Under the pieces are notes generated by a model, which ran no database searches, had not been told where the DNA came from, and worked only from the letters and a program-made list of their open reading frames with translations. Below, piece by piece: positions 49,098 through 62,702 of a DNA stretch of 64,000 nucleotides (position 1 is the first letter of the stretch; each line of letters opens with the position of its first letter). Where the stretch lies: positions 194,812 through 258,811 of the forward strand of contig CAWJSR010000057.1 in NCBI GenBank assembly GCA_963845515.1. The letters are read 5' to 3'. Both the position numbers and the translations under genes were made by a program. Source of the DNA: an uncultured delta proteobacterium (GTDB lineage Bacteria > Myxococcota > Myxococcia > Myxococcales > Anaeromyxobacteraceae).

Positions 49098-49392
49098 CGC
49101 CTGCCCGATCTCGGCACCCTGACCGATCGACGGCGTCTCGATGCGAGACGCCAAGGGCCGAGCCGTGCCTCCATGACGCCCTTGCGATGGGGTGGTCGCC
49201 AACCTGGAGCGTGGTCTGGAGGTCGTCAGGCTCGTTGCGTCCCGTCGCCGCAGTCGGCCGAGGCTTCTCGTCTTCCTCCGTCCAACTCTGGTCCCTCGTT
49301 ACGGCGGTATTCGCCCTGCGTCGACGATTACTCTCGGTCGGGGCGCTGGGGCGCCCTTGGATCGCGACGGCGTCAAAGGAGCGCCGGGTCCG

Positions 49393-49825
49393 CTATTGAG
49401 TCGGCGGGGGCGCGAACTCCACCAGGCCATGACGGACTTCCACCAGCGCCTCTCGCCCGACGAGATGGGGGTGTTCGTCGCATTCAGCCACCCGCACCAG
49501 GAAGAACTGTAGGTCGATGAAACCGAAGTTATCGAAGTCGTAGAACTCGACGAATCTGAGCAGGAGCCCCTGGGCCCGTAGCCTTGTCACAGGGTCGTCC
49601 CAGTACCTGTTGCCGTCTGCGCTCGGACGCCTAATGCGAATGGGAACGTCAGGGGCCCTAGGGCGGACCGTTAGGAAGGCGTACGGCTCACCCTCCCTCG
49701 GCCGTTCCACCTCGGCCACGCCGAGCGGGCCCAAGACAAGCTCCTCGAAGATGGCACCGCAGATACCGCGGAATCGTGCGAGGGCCTCGAAGTCAACGGG
49801 ACGCTGGAGTTCTTTTCGGAGGAAG
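49393..49825 (-). CDS. Immunity-protein paralog, 5' end cut by the fold-back axis
   Basis: Colinear similarity to 23325..23870. Confidence 0.65.
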
Positions 49826-49859
49826 TCTTCCTCCGAAAAGAACTCCAGCGTCCCGTTGA
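49793..49859. repeat. Perfect palindrome (33-bp arms, 1-nt centre at 49826), axis of the giant inverted repeat
   Basis: TCAACGGGACGCTGGAGTTCTTTTCGGAGGAAG-T-CTTCCTCCGAAAAGAACTCCAGCGTCCCGTTGA. Confidence 0.95.
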
Positions 49860-52800
49860 TTTCGTTCACCGTGTGTGGTCCGTGAGAGACTTGTCTTGGG
49901 CCCACTCGGCGTGGCCGAGGGTGGAACGGCCGAGGAGGAGTCTCGCCCTTTCTAACGGTCACCCCCTAGGGCCCCTGACGTTCCCATTCAGTTAGGGCGT
50001 CTCCCGACGCAGACGGCAACAGGTACTGGGACGACCCTGTGACAAGGCTACGGGGCAGGAGCTCTGCTGCAGATTCGTCGAGTTCTACGACTTCGATAAC
50101 TTCGGTTTCATCGACCTACAGTTCTTCCTGGTGCGGGTGGCTGAATGCGACGAACACCCCCATTCATCAGGCGCTGGTGAGTTCGTCATGGCCTGGTGCG
50201 TCGCGCCCCCGCCGACTCAATAGCGGACCCGGCGCTCCTTTGACGCCGTCGCGATCCAAGGGCGCCCCAGCGCCCCGACCGAGAGTAATCGTCGACGCAG
50301 GCGGAGCTGCCGCCGTAACGAGGGACCAGAGTTGGACGAGGAAAACAAGAAGCCTCGGCCGACTGCGGCGACGGGACGCAACGAGCCTGACAAGACCTGC
50401 AAGCCACGCTCGGGTCCGGCGTCACCATGCGCAAGGGCGTCATGGAGGCACGGCTCGGCCCTTGGCGTCTCGCATCGACACCGAGTGGAGATAGAGTAGG
50501 GGTTCGAGAATCGGGCAGGCGCGTAGTCGACGCGACACACGCGGTGCCGCGGCGCGCATGCTGGGTCCCCGCGGGAAGAGGGGCCGTAGCGGGCGCCACT
50601 TTCCTCCACATGGTGGCGCCCGCCTTGTACGCGATCGCGACTCCTTCAGCCGCTGAAGGGTCTCGATCCGCTTCGCGCACGGCTTTCAACTGGCGCCGCG
50701 GGGCTCGCCCGACGCGGGGCAAGAGCGAGACCTGTCAACGCGGAGTGAGACGACCTTTTTTGTGCAAGTTTTCTGACACGCTTCTTCTCTCGGTGAAGCC
50801 TACTAGCTTCTTAATCCAGACCTCGGTCGGCACCGTGCCCAGCCTGAGCCAGCCGCCGGGAACCGCTCCTGGTCCCGCGGCCGGTTCGAAGGCGGCCGCG
50901 AAGCCGCGTCGCAGTGCCACACACCAAGCAAGCTTCCATGGTGGACGTCGTGAGGCGTGAGAAGGCCGAGGCCACCGTGCCGGTGCTCCGTGTCCACCGA
51001 GGGAGTTCGACGCAGTGGGCGCGGCCGTGCTCGATTGGCGCCGAAGCACTCGGGGAAGATGAGGCCGGTACTTGGTGGTTACTTGAAACGAACTGAGAAC
51101 GGGTTGTCGGTTCGAGACGTGGGCGCGAGTGGCCGCTGCGTAACACCCAGGTCTGACACAACAGGCTTCGAGCGCGTCGGTGTGCCCCACGGTCAGGCGT
51201 GGACCCGTGAGTTGGTCACACTCTGATCCCCTCAACACGGCGCTCCGCAGGTCTCGCGGATGAGCCGCTGGCCGTACAGCGTCAGGTGCGCGAGCATCCA
51301 GCCGACCGCGTACCTGTAGCCTCGAGGATGGCCCAGCTGGAAGTCGTCAGTTCCGGCCAACGTGAACGCCGAGATCGTCGCATCGTGAACGCCTCGAATC
51401 GGCCATGGTGATCGGAGCAGAGGCGGAAGCGCCTCGGCTGGCTCTTTCTCGTCCTCGGAGTCCTCTTCCTGGAGGGGCCGCGCGCGACGCGGTGGCCTGG
51501 TTGATCCGTGGCGGGAAGAGCGTGGGCGTTGCGTCGGTCACCGACGTGGTCGTGCACTTCGAAGTCGGGAGTTGGCTGGTGACGATGGTGGAGCGATGCG
51601 CCATGGCGGTCTTCCGATCTAGAAGAAGGTCCAGCACCACTCCTCGTTGCCGCAGAGCCCGTCGTCGATGGCGCGCGTCCACCCCTCGCGAAGCGCGCGA
51701 GGAGGCTGGAGTACGTGCGGTCCACCGTCAGCGGCGTGAAGCTCGTCGTGCACGTGAGCGCGCTCGCCGGAAGCCCTTCCAACACGCCTGCTGGGCGACA
51801 CACACAACGTTCGTTCTTCCGGTGCCAGTGAGCACCCGTAACAAACGACTCTTCTGGTCTCAACCACTTGCAGTGCGGCGAGCTGATGGTGGCCTTCTCC
51901 AGTTCGCATCAGCGGGGGGTGGTCGATGCCCTCGACGCAGGCGTTCCCGAGACGCAGCTTGGCCTCGTGGAGCGAGCGGCAAGTGCTCTCGCGGTGGAGC
52001 CATTGCGCATCAAGCGGCATTCCCGAGGCGCTCGTCGAAGGCCAGCTTCTGGACCTCCAGGGTCTTTCTGCTGCTCCCGCCACCGCCCCGAGCGTCTCAA
52101 AGCACAGGCACGCAGCTTCCGATCGTGGGTTTTCATTCGCACGGCTTCTCCTTGGTCAGTGGTAGTAGCCGCCCGCCCCGGATGTTCTCGTGGGTGGCGC
52201 GTCGGCGAGTTGTCTGCTGCGCAAGCGAGGGGCAGCCTGCGGGTCGAGGCCAGATTCCTTCGGGATCAAATGAGCGTGCAGTTGCCGAAGCGGCCGGCGC
52301 GGCGGCGCGCGCCGAAGCTCCGCCTCGAGCCGCTGGTTTCCGTACCGCTTGCCGAAGCCGAAGGAATGCCCAGGCAGGAGCGGTGGCCCTTGCCCGGGTG
52401 GCTCTGGCTTCACCAGTCACAAGTCCTGGGTCTCGGGCCGATGCTTGCCCAGTGGACCGATGCGGGAGAGCGTCCACTGGAGATGTTTGTGGTGCGCCTT
52501 GGCCGTCCTCGGCAATCGTGGTGCACGCCACGCAGGTAGCTCCACAGGTGCGTGGCATCCGCCTCGGCCGCGGAGGGCGGCTCCACCGTCGTCGCCATGT
52601 CGCGCCTTCCACGACTGGTGCACCGAGTCCCGTACGCACCGTCGTAGTGGTGCTGGATGCTGAGCCGTGGTAGTGGATGTTCATCACGCAGCCCGCCACT
52701 CAGAGTGCTCGAACCCGCTCGGCGGAGCGCCTTCAGCGCCGGCCGGTCGACCGCTGGAGCCGTTCGCTCCCGTAACCCGCATCCACCTTCAGCTCGACGA

Positions 52801-55598
52801 GCAGCCTCGGCGATCCGGTCGTTCAGCGCGAGCGAGAAGAAGGTCTCGTGGCGGAGCCGGGCGATGAGAATCCGCCGCTCCGGCCGAATGTGGACGGCTC
52901 CTCAACCTTGGCCGTCCGCCCCGGGGGCGGTGCAGCCACCACCGGGGCGGTGGTGCCGTAGTAGCGCGCCAGCTCTCGTGGGTCCGCTGGATGCCTGGCT
53001 CGTTAGGCGTCCCCCAACTTAGCTGGTCGGGGACGAGCGCGCTCGGAGGCCGCCGCCGGTGCAGGCGCGCGCGTGTGACGCGATGAAGCAGGGCCGCGCT
53101 GGGTCAGCATCGCCTCGGCGTAGGTGTAGTTCAAGACGCCAAGACTACACGACGACGGCTCAACTTCGATCCTCTGGCCCGTGGTCGGGATGTCCACTTC
53201 TTTCCACGTAGATCGACGAAAGACTTCTGCGCGAGCAAGGTGTTTGCTGACCATCATCAGGCCCGAGCACTTTTCAGCCACTCCCGGTACAGCTCGCAGA
53301 ACTGAGTGTACCGGTAGCCGCCTGGGTGCTTCTCCAGGTACTCGAGGTGGAGATTTCCAGCGTGACGCCCGGCTTCTTGCTGCACGTGGAGGTACTCGCA
53401 GTCGGGCGTCGGCCGCGCCGCCTTCTCGTCGCGGGGCCCGTCAGCCGCTCCTCGGCCGCATGGGAACCTGCCCGCGCGATCCCGGCCGCCTTCGCCCTGC
53501 CGAGGGTCATCGCCACTGCGCCGAGCCGACTGCCCGGCGCCTGGCCGTCGTTTTCGGTCCAACTCCACTTTCCCTCGGAGAAGTCTCACAGCGGCTTCCG
53601 CATGGCCAGTGGCTCCATCTCACCGCCTCGTGATGGAGGCGCGGGACGGCCTGGGTGGCCACGTGGCCGTTCGCCTCCGCTTCGGGTCTCACCCGCGCCT
53701 CGTTGCGGCGCGAGCCCTACCCCACGGGCACCATGTTAGCAATGGCCAATCCGGGCGTTGGCCGATGCCCAATCTCGCGTTTCAGTGAACACCAATCCCG
53801 CCAATCGCCCAATCCGGCTGTTGCAGCAATTGTTATGCACCAATGAGCAATCCACAGTAACCCCTTCTGCAGCGAGGCGTGGTGGTCCCAACTACAGTAA
53901 CCCTACAGTAAGCATCAGGGCGCCTTGTAGTCGGGGTGCGGCAGTTTGCGTAGCGGCGCTCGCGGACCTCCGCGTTCTCAGCCAGGACGCGGTACATCGT
54001 GCGCTCCGAGCAGAGGTAGCGTCCCTCGTCGAGCAGCGTCGGCGTGGACCTCGGCCGGCGCGAGGTCGCGGTGGCGCTGAACGCCGGCTCGTCGGAGAGC
54101 CTCGCGGGGATCGGCGCTCGACAGGGCGATCGGCGGGACCTGGTCCATCGTCTACCGGGATCGGTGCGTTCCTGCTCCTCGTCGGCCGCGCTCACCCAGC
54201 TCCACTGCGCGGCGCGCCTGGCGCGGGGAGGGCCTCGCTAGGCGTCTACGCAATCCACGTCCCGTGGTCTACGGCTCGTCGACGCGCCGGGGCTCGCGAC
54301 GCTCGTCGGCCAGCGCCTCGGGCCGGCGCGGCGCTGCTGGTCGCTGCTGCCGTCTTCCATGGCTTTCTGCCCCTTCTCACCGCCCCAGCGGGCACTCGGC
54401 GCTGTCTGCGTCGGCGAGGCGCGCCGAGGAAGCGTCCGGGGCGGCTCGGAAGACGTGCAGAGGCCTCGGAGCTCCGGGAGTAGGGGCAGCGGAACCATCG
54501 CGATGAAGCGTGATGGCTCGCTCTGACGTTCGCTCCTGGAGTGTGTTCACTCTACGACACGTTACTCCATCATCACGCTTCGGAGCGGTGTTTCAACAAG
54601 AAGCGGTCTTGTCGGCAGTTGCGTGCGCTCATTTGCCATCGGCGTCACGGGCACGTCCCTCATAGCAGCGGCTACTCCTGACCTATACGTCCTGGATATT
54701 CCCGCAAGCTCGGCGCTCCAGGAGAAAGTCTTCCAATGGTCGTGCTGCCTCCGCTTTTCTAGGCCCCGCGGCTTCTTTTCTAGATTGTAATCCGTCGTCT
54801 TGAACACGAGCGCTCAGCTCCTACTTGGCCTCAACGCGCAAGCCCCAGGTGGGCAATGGCCGGAATGGCCGACTTGCGGCATCATGTGCCCTCCGCCGAT
54901 GTCGCAGCGTTCTTCCCGTGCAAACTTTTTTGACCATCCACAGCACGGGAGTATCTTCCTCCACGTGTTCTTCGATACACGTGTTTCACAATACAGAAGC
55001 CAACGAACAACAGTTTTCGGTCGCCGCGCAGTATTGGTGGGTCCGGATACTTCCAGGTTTACAAGTCTCTCGGTGCATCAGTCGCAGCAGCCACGCATCC
55101 ATTGACGTCGCCGACTTCCGGTAACCTGCGACGTGGGTAGCGCCTCAACTGCGTCTTCCAGTGGGATTGTCTGTCTTCTGCATCCGCCATTCAGCGAGGA
55201 CCGCGGATGCTCTTCTTGGAACTCGGATAGGTAGGCGGTTGCTTGCGAAGGGCGCGTCCAGTAGCGCAATGGCCCGCTGTCAGGCTCCCAGTGGGGGAGA
55301 CGGAGCGAGGTGCTGTCGGACGTCATTGTCGACCCGGCCGGAGAGGTTGCCGAAGGCGGTTGAAAGCGACGACGCCGCTGCAAGTCCACTGACTGGAAGC
55401 CTGCCATGCAACGACGCATGAGGCAACTGTTGACCGTCCATGACCGAGTACGAGACAGCTAGGGGATGTCGCGGCGCAACCATGGCGGCGACTGGTGACT
55501 CATGTTTCACGCTTCTCCTGTCGTGAGGCGGAAACGCCAAAAATGCGGACCATGGGCCGGTTTGGGCGCGATCGGTTTTCGAAAAGAGATAAGTCTCG

Positions 55599-58500
55599 AT
55601 GACCAAGACCCGCCGTCTCCGTGCCTGTTCACTGGCAGTGTGGTGGGTCACTCGCCGACCGTGGCCGCCGCCAATGGAACGTGCGCGGCCACGTATTACA
55701 CGTACGAATACCGCCAGGATGCGGCGTGCATTCTTTCGTGCGGGAATACCTGCAGAGTGGGCTGGTGCTACATTTACCAGCGGTTCAAGTGCGCAGACGA
55801 TTCTCCGGCCTCGGCCCCAGCGGTGGCGTACTCGGACGCTCCTCTGTGCTGCGAGGTACTTGAGTGGGCCCGCAATACGCGGAGCACCTCGTGCAGTTCG
55901 CCCGTCCCCGCCGACGCCTGCGGCGTCGGCGGCGCGGGCGATGGCCTGGACGACAACAACAACGGCTGCGTCGACGAGGGCTGCGCCCTGGAATACGGGG
56001 CTTGCTCCTGCGCCGGGACGTGCTCGCTGCCATCCTGCGGCGCGCCGCAGAGCGCCGGAGTCTGTGAGAATCCAGGACGGTTGCGCCTCGGACGCGAACT
56101 GCAGCGTCGGCGCACCCGACGGCTGCGCACCCCCGAAGGATCCTGAATCGGGTCCGACGGACGCAGCCTGCCTGAACACCGGCGGAGATGATCCGCTCGT
56201 CTTCTCCAGCCGAGCGGCCATCACGGACCCCTTCAGCGACTTCCGGTTCGATGGTCCCGTGCCCCTTCAGTTCAGCCGCTCCTACCGAAGCGTCGACACC
56301 TCTGTGAAGGGTGTGGTCGCGCCGGGCGCGTTCGGCAGGGGGTGGCGCCGCGAGTGGGAGGGGACGCTGAGGTGCGCCGGGGTGGGCGTGTCCGCCCAGG
56401 GCGGAGGCGCCATGGCGACGCTCTGCTCGGTGAGCCTAGGATACTCGCCCGGTCTTCGTTTCGCCGGGACCGGGAGCTCGGTCTGGAGCGCCGAGTTCGC
56501 CGAGGCGGTGACGCTGTTCAAGGCGGAGGACGATCCGTTCGCGGTAGGCCGCAACTTCGCCGCGATGGTCCGTCGCGCCAATGGCGACTTCGTCGTCTAC
56601 CTGGACGACGGCCGGAAGGCGACGTTCAGCACGGTCTGCGAGGCCTGTGGCGAGAGCGCTGCCACCTACTGCGGGGATCCGATGGCCGGCGGCGTCGCGC
56701 GGCTCACGAAGATCGAGGACTCGCGCGGCAACGTCAGCGCTGTCTCCTACGACATCGCGAACGGGACCCTCGTTTCGGTCAGCGACTCATGGGGCCATGA
56801 ACTAGCGCTGAAGACACCACAGCCATGTACCGACCCCCGCGCCAGAACGCTCGAGTTTCGGGCGAGCCAGAGCGAGTCGTCCTTCACGAAGGTAGCCGAC
56901 TACGTCTACACAGGCACGGACCTCGCAGCTGCGGTCGACGTGGAGGGGCGCGTGCTGCGCTCCTACGAATACTCCGCGACCCACCCCGGCCACCTGACGA
57001 CGATCCGCAACGAGGCAGGAGATCCGATCGTCGAGTTCGGATACGACGCAAACGGCTACGCCAACCGGATCGTGGACAGGGCCACGACGCTCGACGTCGT
57101 CTACGCCGAGCCAGCGAGCACGACGACGACGCACTATTCCTCCAGCGGGGCGTTCAGCGGCAGCCGGACCTACGGGGCTGGCGGCAGGTCAGTCTACGCC
57201 TCCGTTGGAGACGCATCGTTCGGGCTGAGCTGGCAGAAGCTCAGATTGCAGTGCTTCGATGGCGGCGATGGGCAGATCGATTGGTACGACCGCGACGAGT
57301 ACCTGCGCCCGGAGCGCATCGCACGCTACGTGAAACCAGTCGGCTTCAGCTGCGATGCTGGAGCCGCTCCGCCGAGTGCAAACCTAATCGACGAGGAGTT
57401 CTACCGGTACGGACTGACGCGTCAGGTTGCAGTGGGGTACGCCGTCCCGCTCTCCAATGTGACGTGGTCGGGCAGGCGCAGCAACCTCAGCGGCGGCAAC
57501 TTCTCCGGCGATACCACGGACTATTATGATCTGGACGAGAGCGGAAGGTACCTGAACAAGCTCGGCGATCCGGACGGCTACACGTGCGGTCCAACGTCTC
57601 TTCGCAAGGGAAGTGTAGTCTGCCGCAGGATCAAGGACGGCTACACCACGGACATCGCGACGGGCGCGGTGCTCTACGAACGCCACGCCACGTTCTACTC
57701 GTACGACGAGTACGGCCGCATGGTGAGGGCGATTGGTCCCGTGAATCTCGACCGGCCCTCCGAGTCGGACGTCACGCCGATCGAGGAGCGGGCCTACTGG
57801 CCCGGCGACGCGACCGGCGTCCGCCGAGGTCGCCTCATGGAGGTGAGGCGCTACTCTTCGCCGTCCGCCGAACCGCTGACCTGGTTCATCGACTTCGACA
57901 TCTTCGGCCCCTACACGGTGACCGGGCCGTATGCGGGCGCCCAGTCGGGCGCCCCGATGTCGAGGTACGTCCGTGATGGCCGAGGACGCGTGACCCACGC
58001 TATCGCACCGGACGGGCGGACGACCGTGATTCGCTACTACGACGGCGACTCGCCTCGGCTGGTGCTGTTCGAGTCGGGGGCCGGTCGCCACGCGACGTAT
58101 GACGAGCGGGGCCGGCTCCAGAGCATCGAGCGGCTCTACGGTGACCCGGACCTTGCTCCGGACCTGGTCACGGTCGGTGACATACAGGGGGTCGACTACG
58201 ACGACGCGGGCAATCCCGTTCTGGCAGAGCGGAGGGATGCCGCCGGCAACGTCCGCTGGAGGCGGATTCGCCAGTACGACGCTCAGCACAGGCTGCGGAA
58301 CGAGACGCATCCCGACGACCCCGCGAAGCAGGCCATCTGGTCCTACGATCCCAGCGGCATCCTCAGCACGATGGTGGACGAGGAGGGGCGCATCACCAGA
58401 TTCGTACCCGACGCGCTGGGGCGCCCCCGGGTGGTCTCGCGGGAGTCGCCCGTTGACGCCGACCCCAGGGTGGTCTCGACGGTGGCCACCTACGCCTTCG

Positions 58501-60508
58501 CGCTGAGCCAGGACGCCATCGAGAGCGTGACCGACGGCGCGGGAAGGACGACGAGCTACTCGGTCGACGACTTTGGGAGCAACGGCAAGGTCGCTAGCAC
58601 GGCCTCATTCAAAGACAGTCAGCCGTACCGGTACGACTATGACGCGCGCGGCAACGTTCGTCATCGGACCGGCGGTCGCGTGACCATGGAGTACACCTAC
58701 GATGGGCTCGATCGGCTCATCGGGATCCACGCGGTGAAGGACCTGGGCGATCCGCCTGTGGACGTCGCGCTCACCTACGACGCCGCCAACCAGAAGGGCC
58801 GGCTGTATTCCATGGTCGAGGCGGGCAGAACGACCTGGTTCACATGGGACTCCGGCGGGCGCCTTCGGTATGAGACGGTGCTCGTGATCGGGGAGACCGC
58901 TCCGCTCGTGACCGAGTATCGATACGACGTGGACGGCTATCTCGACACGGTTGTCTATCCCTCCGGGCTTGCCGTGACGTATGAGCGCGACGACGCGACC
59001 AAGGAAGTGACAGCGGTGAGGGAGGCCGGAATCAATCGCCCCTTCGTGACGGGGGTCGCGCGCGAGCCCTTCGGTCCGGTCAAGTCGCTGACCTTCGCCA
59101 ACGGGCAGCAACTGACGCAGACGTTCAATCTTCGGTACGAACCCGAGTCGGTGGTGAGCGGCCCACTGAGCCTGCTGTACGGCATGAGTCCTGCGGGAGA
59201 CGTGGCCGGGGTAGTCCAGGGCACCGTCTCGACTGGCTTCACCTACGACCACCTCGACCGCCTGACTGCTTTCGTGCCCGGCCACGGAACGGGAGAGTCG
59301 CTCCGCTACGAGTATGCCGGCGACAGGCTCATCGCTGCCTGGACGATGGGGAGCCCCTCGGTTCGCCGCCAGGCGTTCGGATACGACGACCAGAGCAACC
59401 TCTCCTCCATCTCGACCTACGACTCTGCGGGGACGAGCATCACGCAGACGGTCTGCATGGTGCACGATGCGCTGGGAAGGCTGGTGCTGGTCGGGAATGC
59501 AGCGCCGGGTTCCGGCGGGCCGGACGCGCTCGCATGTCGGACGGAAGCGGCTGTGACGTCGGTGGTGGCGCGGTTCGAGTACGACGCGATGAACCGGCGC
59601 GTCGCGAGGACCGACGGCGCGACGGGGAAGAAGACGTACTTCTCGTTCCTGCCGGGCGGGGAGACTATGGGTGAGTACGAGCGGACTGGTGTTCCGGCGA
59701 GCCCGTGGCGGACCGTGAGGGAGTACGTCTGGCTGGACGGGCGGCCAGTGGCGCAGGAAGAGCACCCGAGCGACGCGGAGCGGAACACGTACGCGGTGCA
59801 CGTTGACAGCATTGCGCTACCGCGGGCGCTGACGAACTCCAGCGGACAGACCGTCTGGCAGGCGACGGCGCGGCCGTACGGCGACATCGGGGAAACGACA
59901 TTCGCAGACAGCGTCTCAGGGCGCACGGTCGTGACGAACCTGCGGCTACCGGGGCAGTACGACGAGAGGCTGCTGGCCTCGGTCGGCCTCCAGGGGCCGT
60001 ACTACAACTGGAACAGGTGGTACCTGCCGTCCGTGGGGAGGTACCTGGAGTTGGATCCGATTGCGAAGGCGGGTCGTCTTAACTCACCGTATGTCCCGGA
60101 ACGGCATGGGTACGCTCTTCAGAACCCTCTGAGGTGGGTAGACACCAAGGGCCTTGAGTACAATGACGTTGGGGTGACCTTCGGTCTCTTCGGGGTGGGG
60201 TTTACGTGCGGGCTTGTCTGGGGTCACCAGGGGTGGACGAACTACCTGGGGTTTGGCTTCACGACGCCAGGGTTTGGGCTCGCATTCACGGGGTCTCCTG
60301 ACGGCATCGTGTATGGACCAGCCACCTCGTTCCAGATAGGCGCTGGCTTAGGCTATCAGACCGGTACCTCTGCGGACGGCAGCAGTTACGACGAGTTTGG
60401 CGCGAGCACGCCGGGCGTCGCATACTACCCGTGGCTGATGTGATCATCCCTCCGCCCACCAACGCATGCACAGAGCCGAAACCACCGCCAAGCTGCGGAA
60501 CGCGCTAA
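55599..60508 (+). CDS. Mirror copy of the full-length Rhs (frameshifts near 56070 and 60440)
   Basis: Near-identical to 38873..43783. Confidence 0.6.
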
Positions 60509-60511
60509 GGG

Positions 60512-60715
60512 ATGGCACCGATGACGCCGATTGCGGGCTTCAATATACTGCTGGGTGTCCTGCTTATCTTCCTCTCGCGGCCGTTCGGGCGATTGATCGC
60601 TGACTTCCAGCGGCGAGTCTGGAGGCTCGATCTGGGCGAGTCGGTTCCAGTAGTATCGATGATTATGTCCATTCTGGTCGGAATAGGTCTAATAGTGAGG
60701 GGAGTGACGCGCTAA
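60512..60715 (+). CDS. Mirror copy of the 2-TM immunity protein
   Basis: Protein identical to 38666..38869. Confidence 0.55.
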   Translation: MAPMTPIAGFNILLGVLLIFLSRPFGRLIADFQRRVWRLDLGESVPVVSMIMSILVGIGLIVRGVTR

Positions 60716-60753
60716 CAGAGCCCGAGGCCGGCGGTAGTGACGACACGGCTGGT

Positions 60754-62215
60754 CGGTACGAACCCGAGTCGGTGGTGAGCGGCCCACTGAGCCTGCTGTA
60801 CGGCATGAGCCTGGCGGGGCGCTAGAGCCGGGGTAGTCCAGGGCACCGTCTCGACTGGCTTCACCTACGTCCTGACCTCGACCGCCTGACTGGTTTCGTG
60901 CCCGGCCACGGAACGGAAGAGCCCTCCGCTACGAGATGCCGGGCGACAGGCTCATCGCTGCCTGGACGATGGGGAGCCCCTCGGTTCGCCGCCAGGCGTT
61001 CGGGTACGACGACCAGACCAACCTCTCCTCCATCTCAACCTATGACTCTGCGGGGACGAGCATCAACACAGACGGTCTGCATGTGAGCACGATGCGCTAG
61101 GAAGGCTGGTGCTGGTCGGGAATGCAGCGCCAGGTTCCGGCGGCCCGGACGCGCTCGCATGCCGGACGGAAGCGGCTGTGACGTCGGTGGTGGCGCGGTT
61201 CGAGTACGACGCGATGAACCGGCGCGTCGCGAGGACCGACGGCGCGACGGGGAAGAAGACGTACTTCTCGTTCCTGCCGGGCGGGGAGACCATGGGCGAG
61301 TACGAGCGGACTGGTGTTCCGGCGAGCCCGTGGCGGACCGTGAGGGAGTACGTCTGGCTGGATGGGCGGCCAGTGGCGCAGGAAGAGCACCCGAGCGACG
61401 CGGAGCGGAACACGTACGCGGTGCACGTTGACAGCATTGCGCTACCGCGGGCGCTGACGAACTCCAGCGGACAGACCGTCTGGCAGGCGACGGCGCGGCC
61501 GTACGGCGACATCGGGGAAACGACATTCGCAGACAGCGTCTCAGGGCGCACGGTCGTGACGAACCTGCGGCTACCGGGGCAGTACGACGAGAGGCTGCTC
61601 GCCGCGGTCGGCCTCCAGGGGCCGTACTACAACTGGAACAGGTGGTACCTGCCGTCCACGGGGAGGTACCTCGAGTTCGACCCGATCGCGATCGGCGGGC
61701 GGGTTCAACGGGCCCTACGGGCCCGAGCTGGTACGGGTATGCGGAGGGGAATCCGCTGAGGTGGAGGGATTGGCGGGGGCTTCTGGTCCTTCACCCTGTC
61801 CTTCTACAGCGGATACGGAATGGCCCTGTTCTTTGGGCAGGATCCCGAAACGGACAAGTGGTTCTGGGGTGAGCGACTCGGCGTTGGCCTGGACTACAGC
61901 ATCGGCTGGGATCCCGAAGGCCGTAGGCCCGGGGCTGGCCAGGTGAAGGAGTGCGGCCCTGGGACGTCGTTCGGAACTCGCCTAGGCGGGGGGATCGGTT
62001 CGGGACCGCTCGCTTTCAACCTTCTCGACGCGGGCGGGGGAGTGGATCTGCCGGCATCGGGTCGCCTGTGGCCCCTTTACGACTGGTCGGGCGCGCAGAG
62101 TTACAGCGAGGAGAACTGGTTCACGAACAGTTGGACCAGAGATCCGAATGCCAAGTCCAATGCCGAGTTTGGCGCTGGCTGGACCATTGGATTTGAGATT
62201 GCTGGGCATCAATAG
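60754..62215 (+). pseudogene. Mirror copy of the orphan Rhs module
   Basis: Matches 37173..38628 with indels. Confidence 0.55.
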
Positions 62216-62227
62216 GGAGCGTGCCAC

Positions 62228-62683
62228 ATGTTCAAGAACTTCGGTCTAATGCCCAAGACCTTGAAGCTGGCTCCACCTTGTATGGGCTCGCCACAGCCCT
62301 CTCTGCCCGTGCTGCTGGTGATTCCGGGCGGCTCTGCTGGTTCGGCTGGCGGGGCGGCGTGGTGGTCCGGCAGCGCGAGATGGATCGTGGCCTGTTCTGT
62401 ACTGCCGACGCCGATGGCAGCCGTGTTGATGCTCCAGCGCCGCAGGATCGGCGCTTGGCTGTTCCTGGTCGGATGGATCACGGCCAACGCAAGCCCACCC
62501 CTAGTCGCGCGTGTGCGAGGCGGCCCGACTCCACTTTCGATCCCGTCAGCCGTCTTCACTCTCGTCGTGCTTGCGGGCCTCGGCTTCTTCTTGTTGGGGC
62601 GCAAGGACGTACAGGAATACTTCCGTGGCCCAAAGGGTCCGCGCGGTGTCCCGGAAGTAGACAACCGGGACGCCCCCCGGTAG
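62228..62683 (+). CDS. Mirror copy of the 4-TM immunity protein
   Basis: Matches 36708..37160. Confidence 0.5.
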   Translation: MFKNFGLMPKTLKLAPPCMGSPQPSLPVLLVIPGGSAGSAGGAAWWSGSARWIVACSVLPTPMAAVLMLQRRRIGAWLFLVGWITANASPPLVARVRGGPTPLSIPSAVFTLVVLAGLGFFLLGRKDVQEYFRGPKGPRGVPEVDNRDAPR

Positions 62684-62702
62684 GCCAAGGCGGATCCCGG
62701 GG

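Noticed and set aside
49826..49962. N-terminus of ORF 49393..49962
   Set aside because: It is read across the palindromic axis into the mirrored arm and is not a real gene start.
49900..55600. Numerous short ORFs and an apparently decayed IS/CARDB pseudogene cluster
   Set aside because: Base for base it is a noisy reverse complement of about 43.8-49.7 kb.
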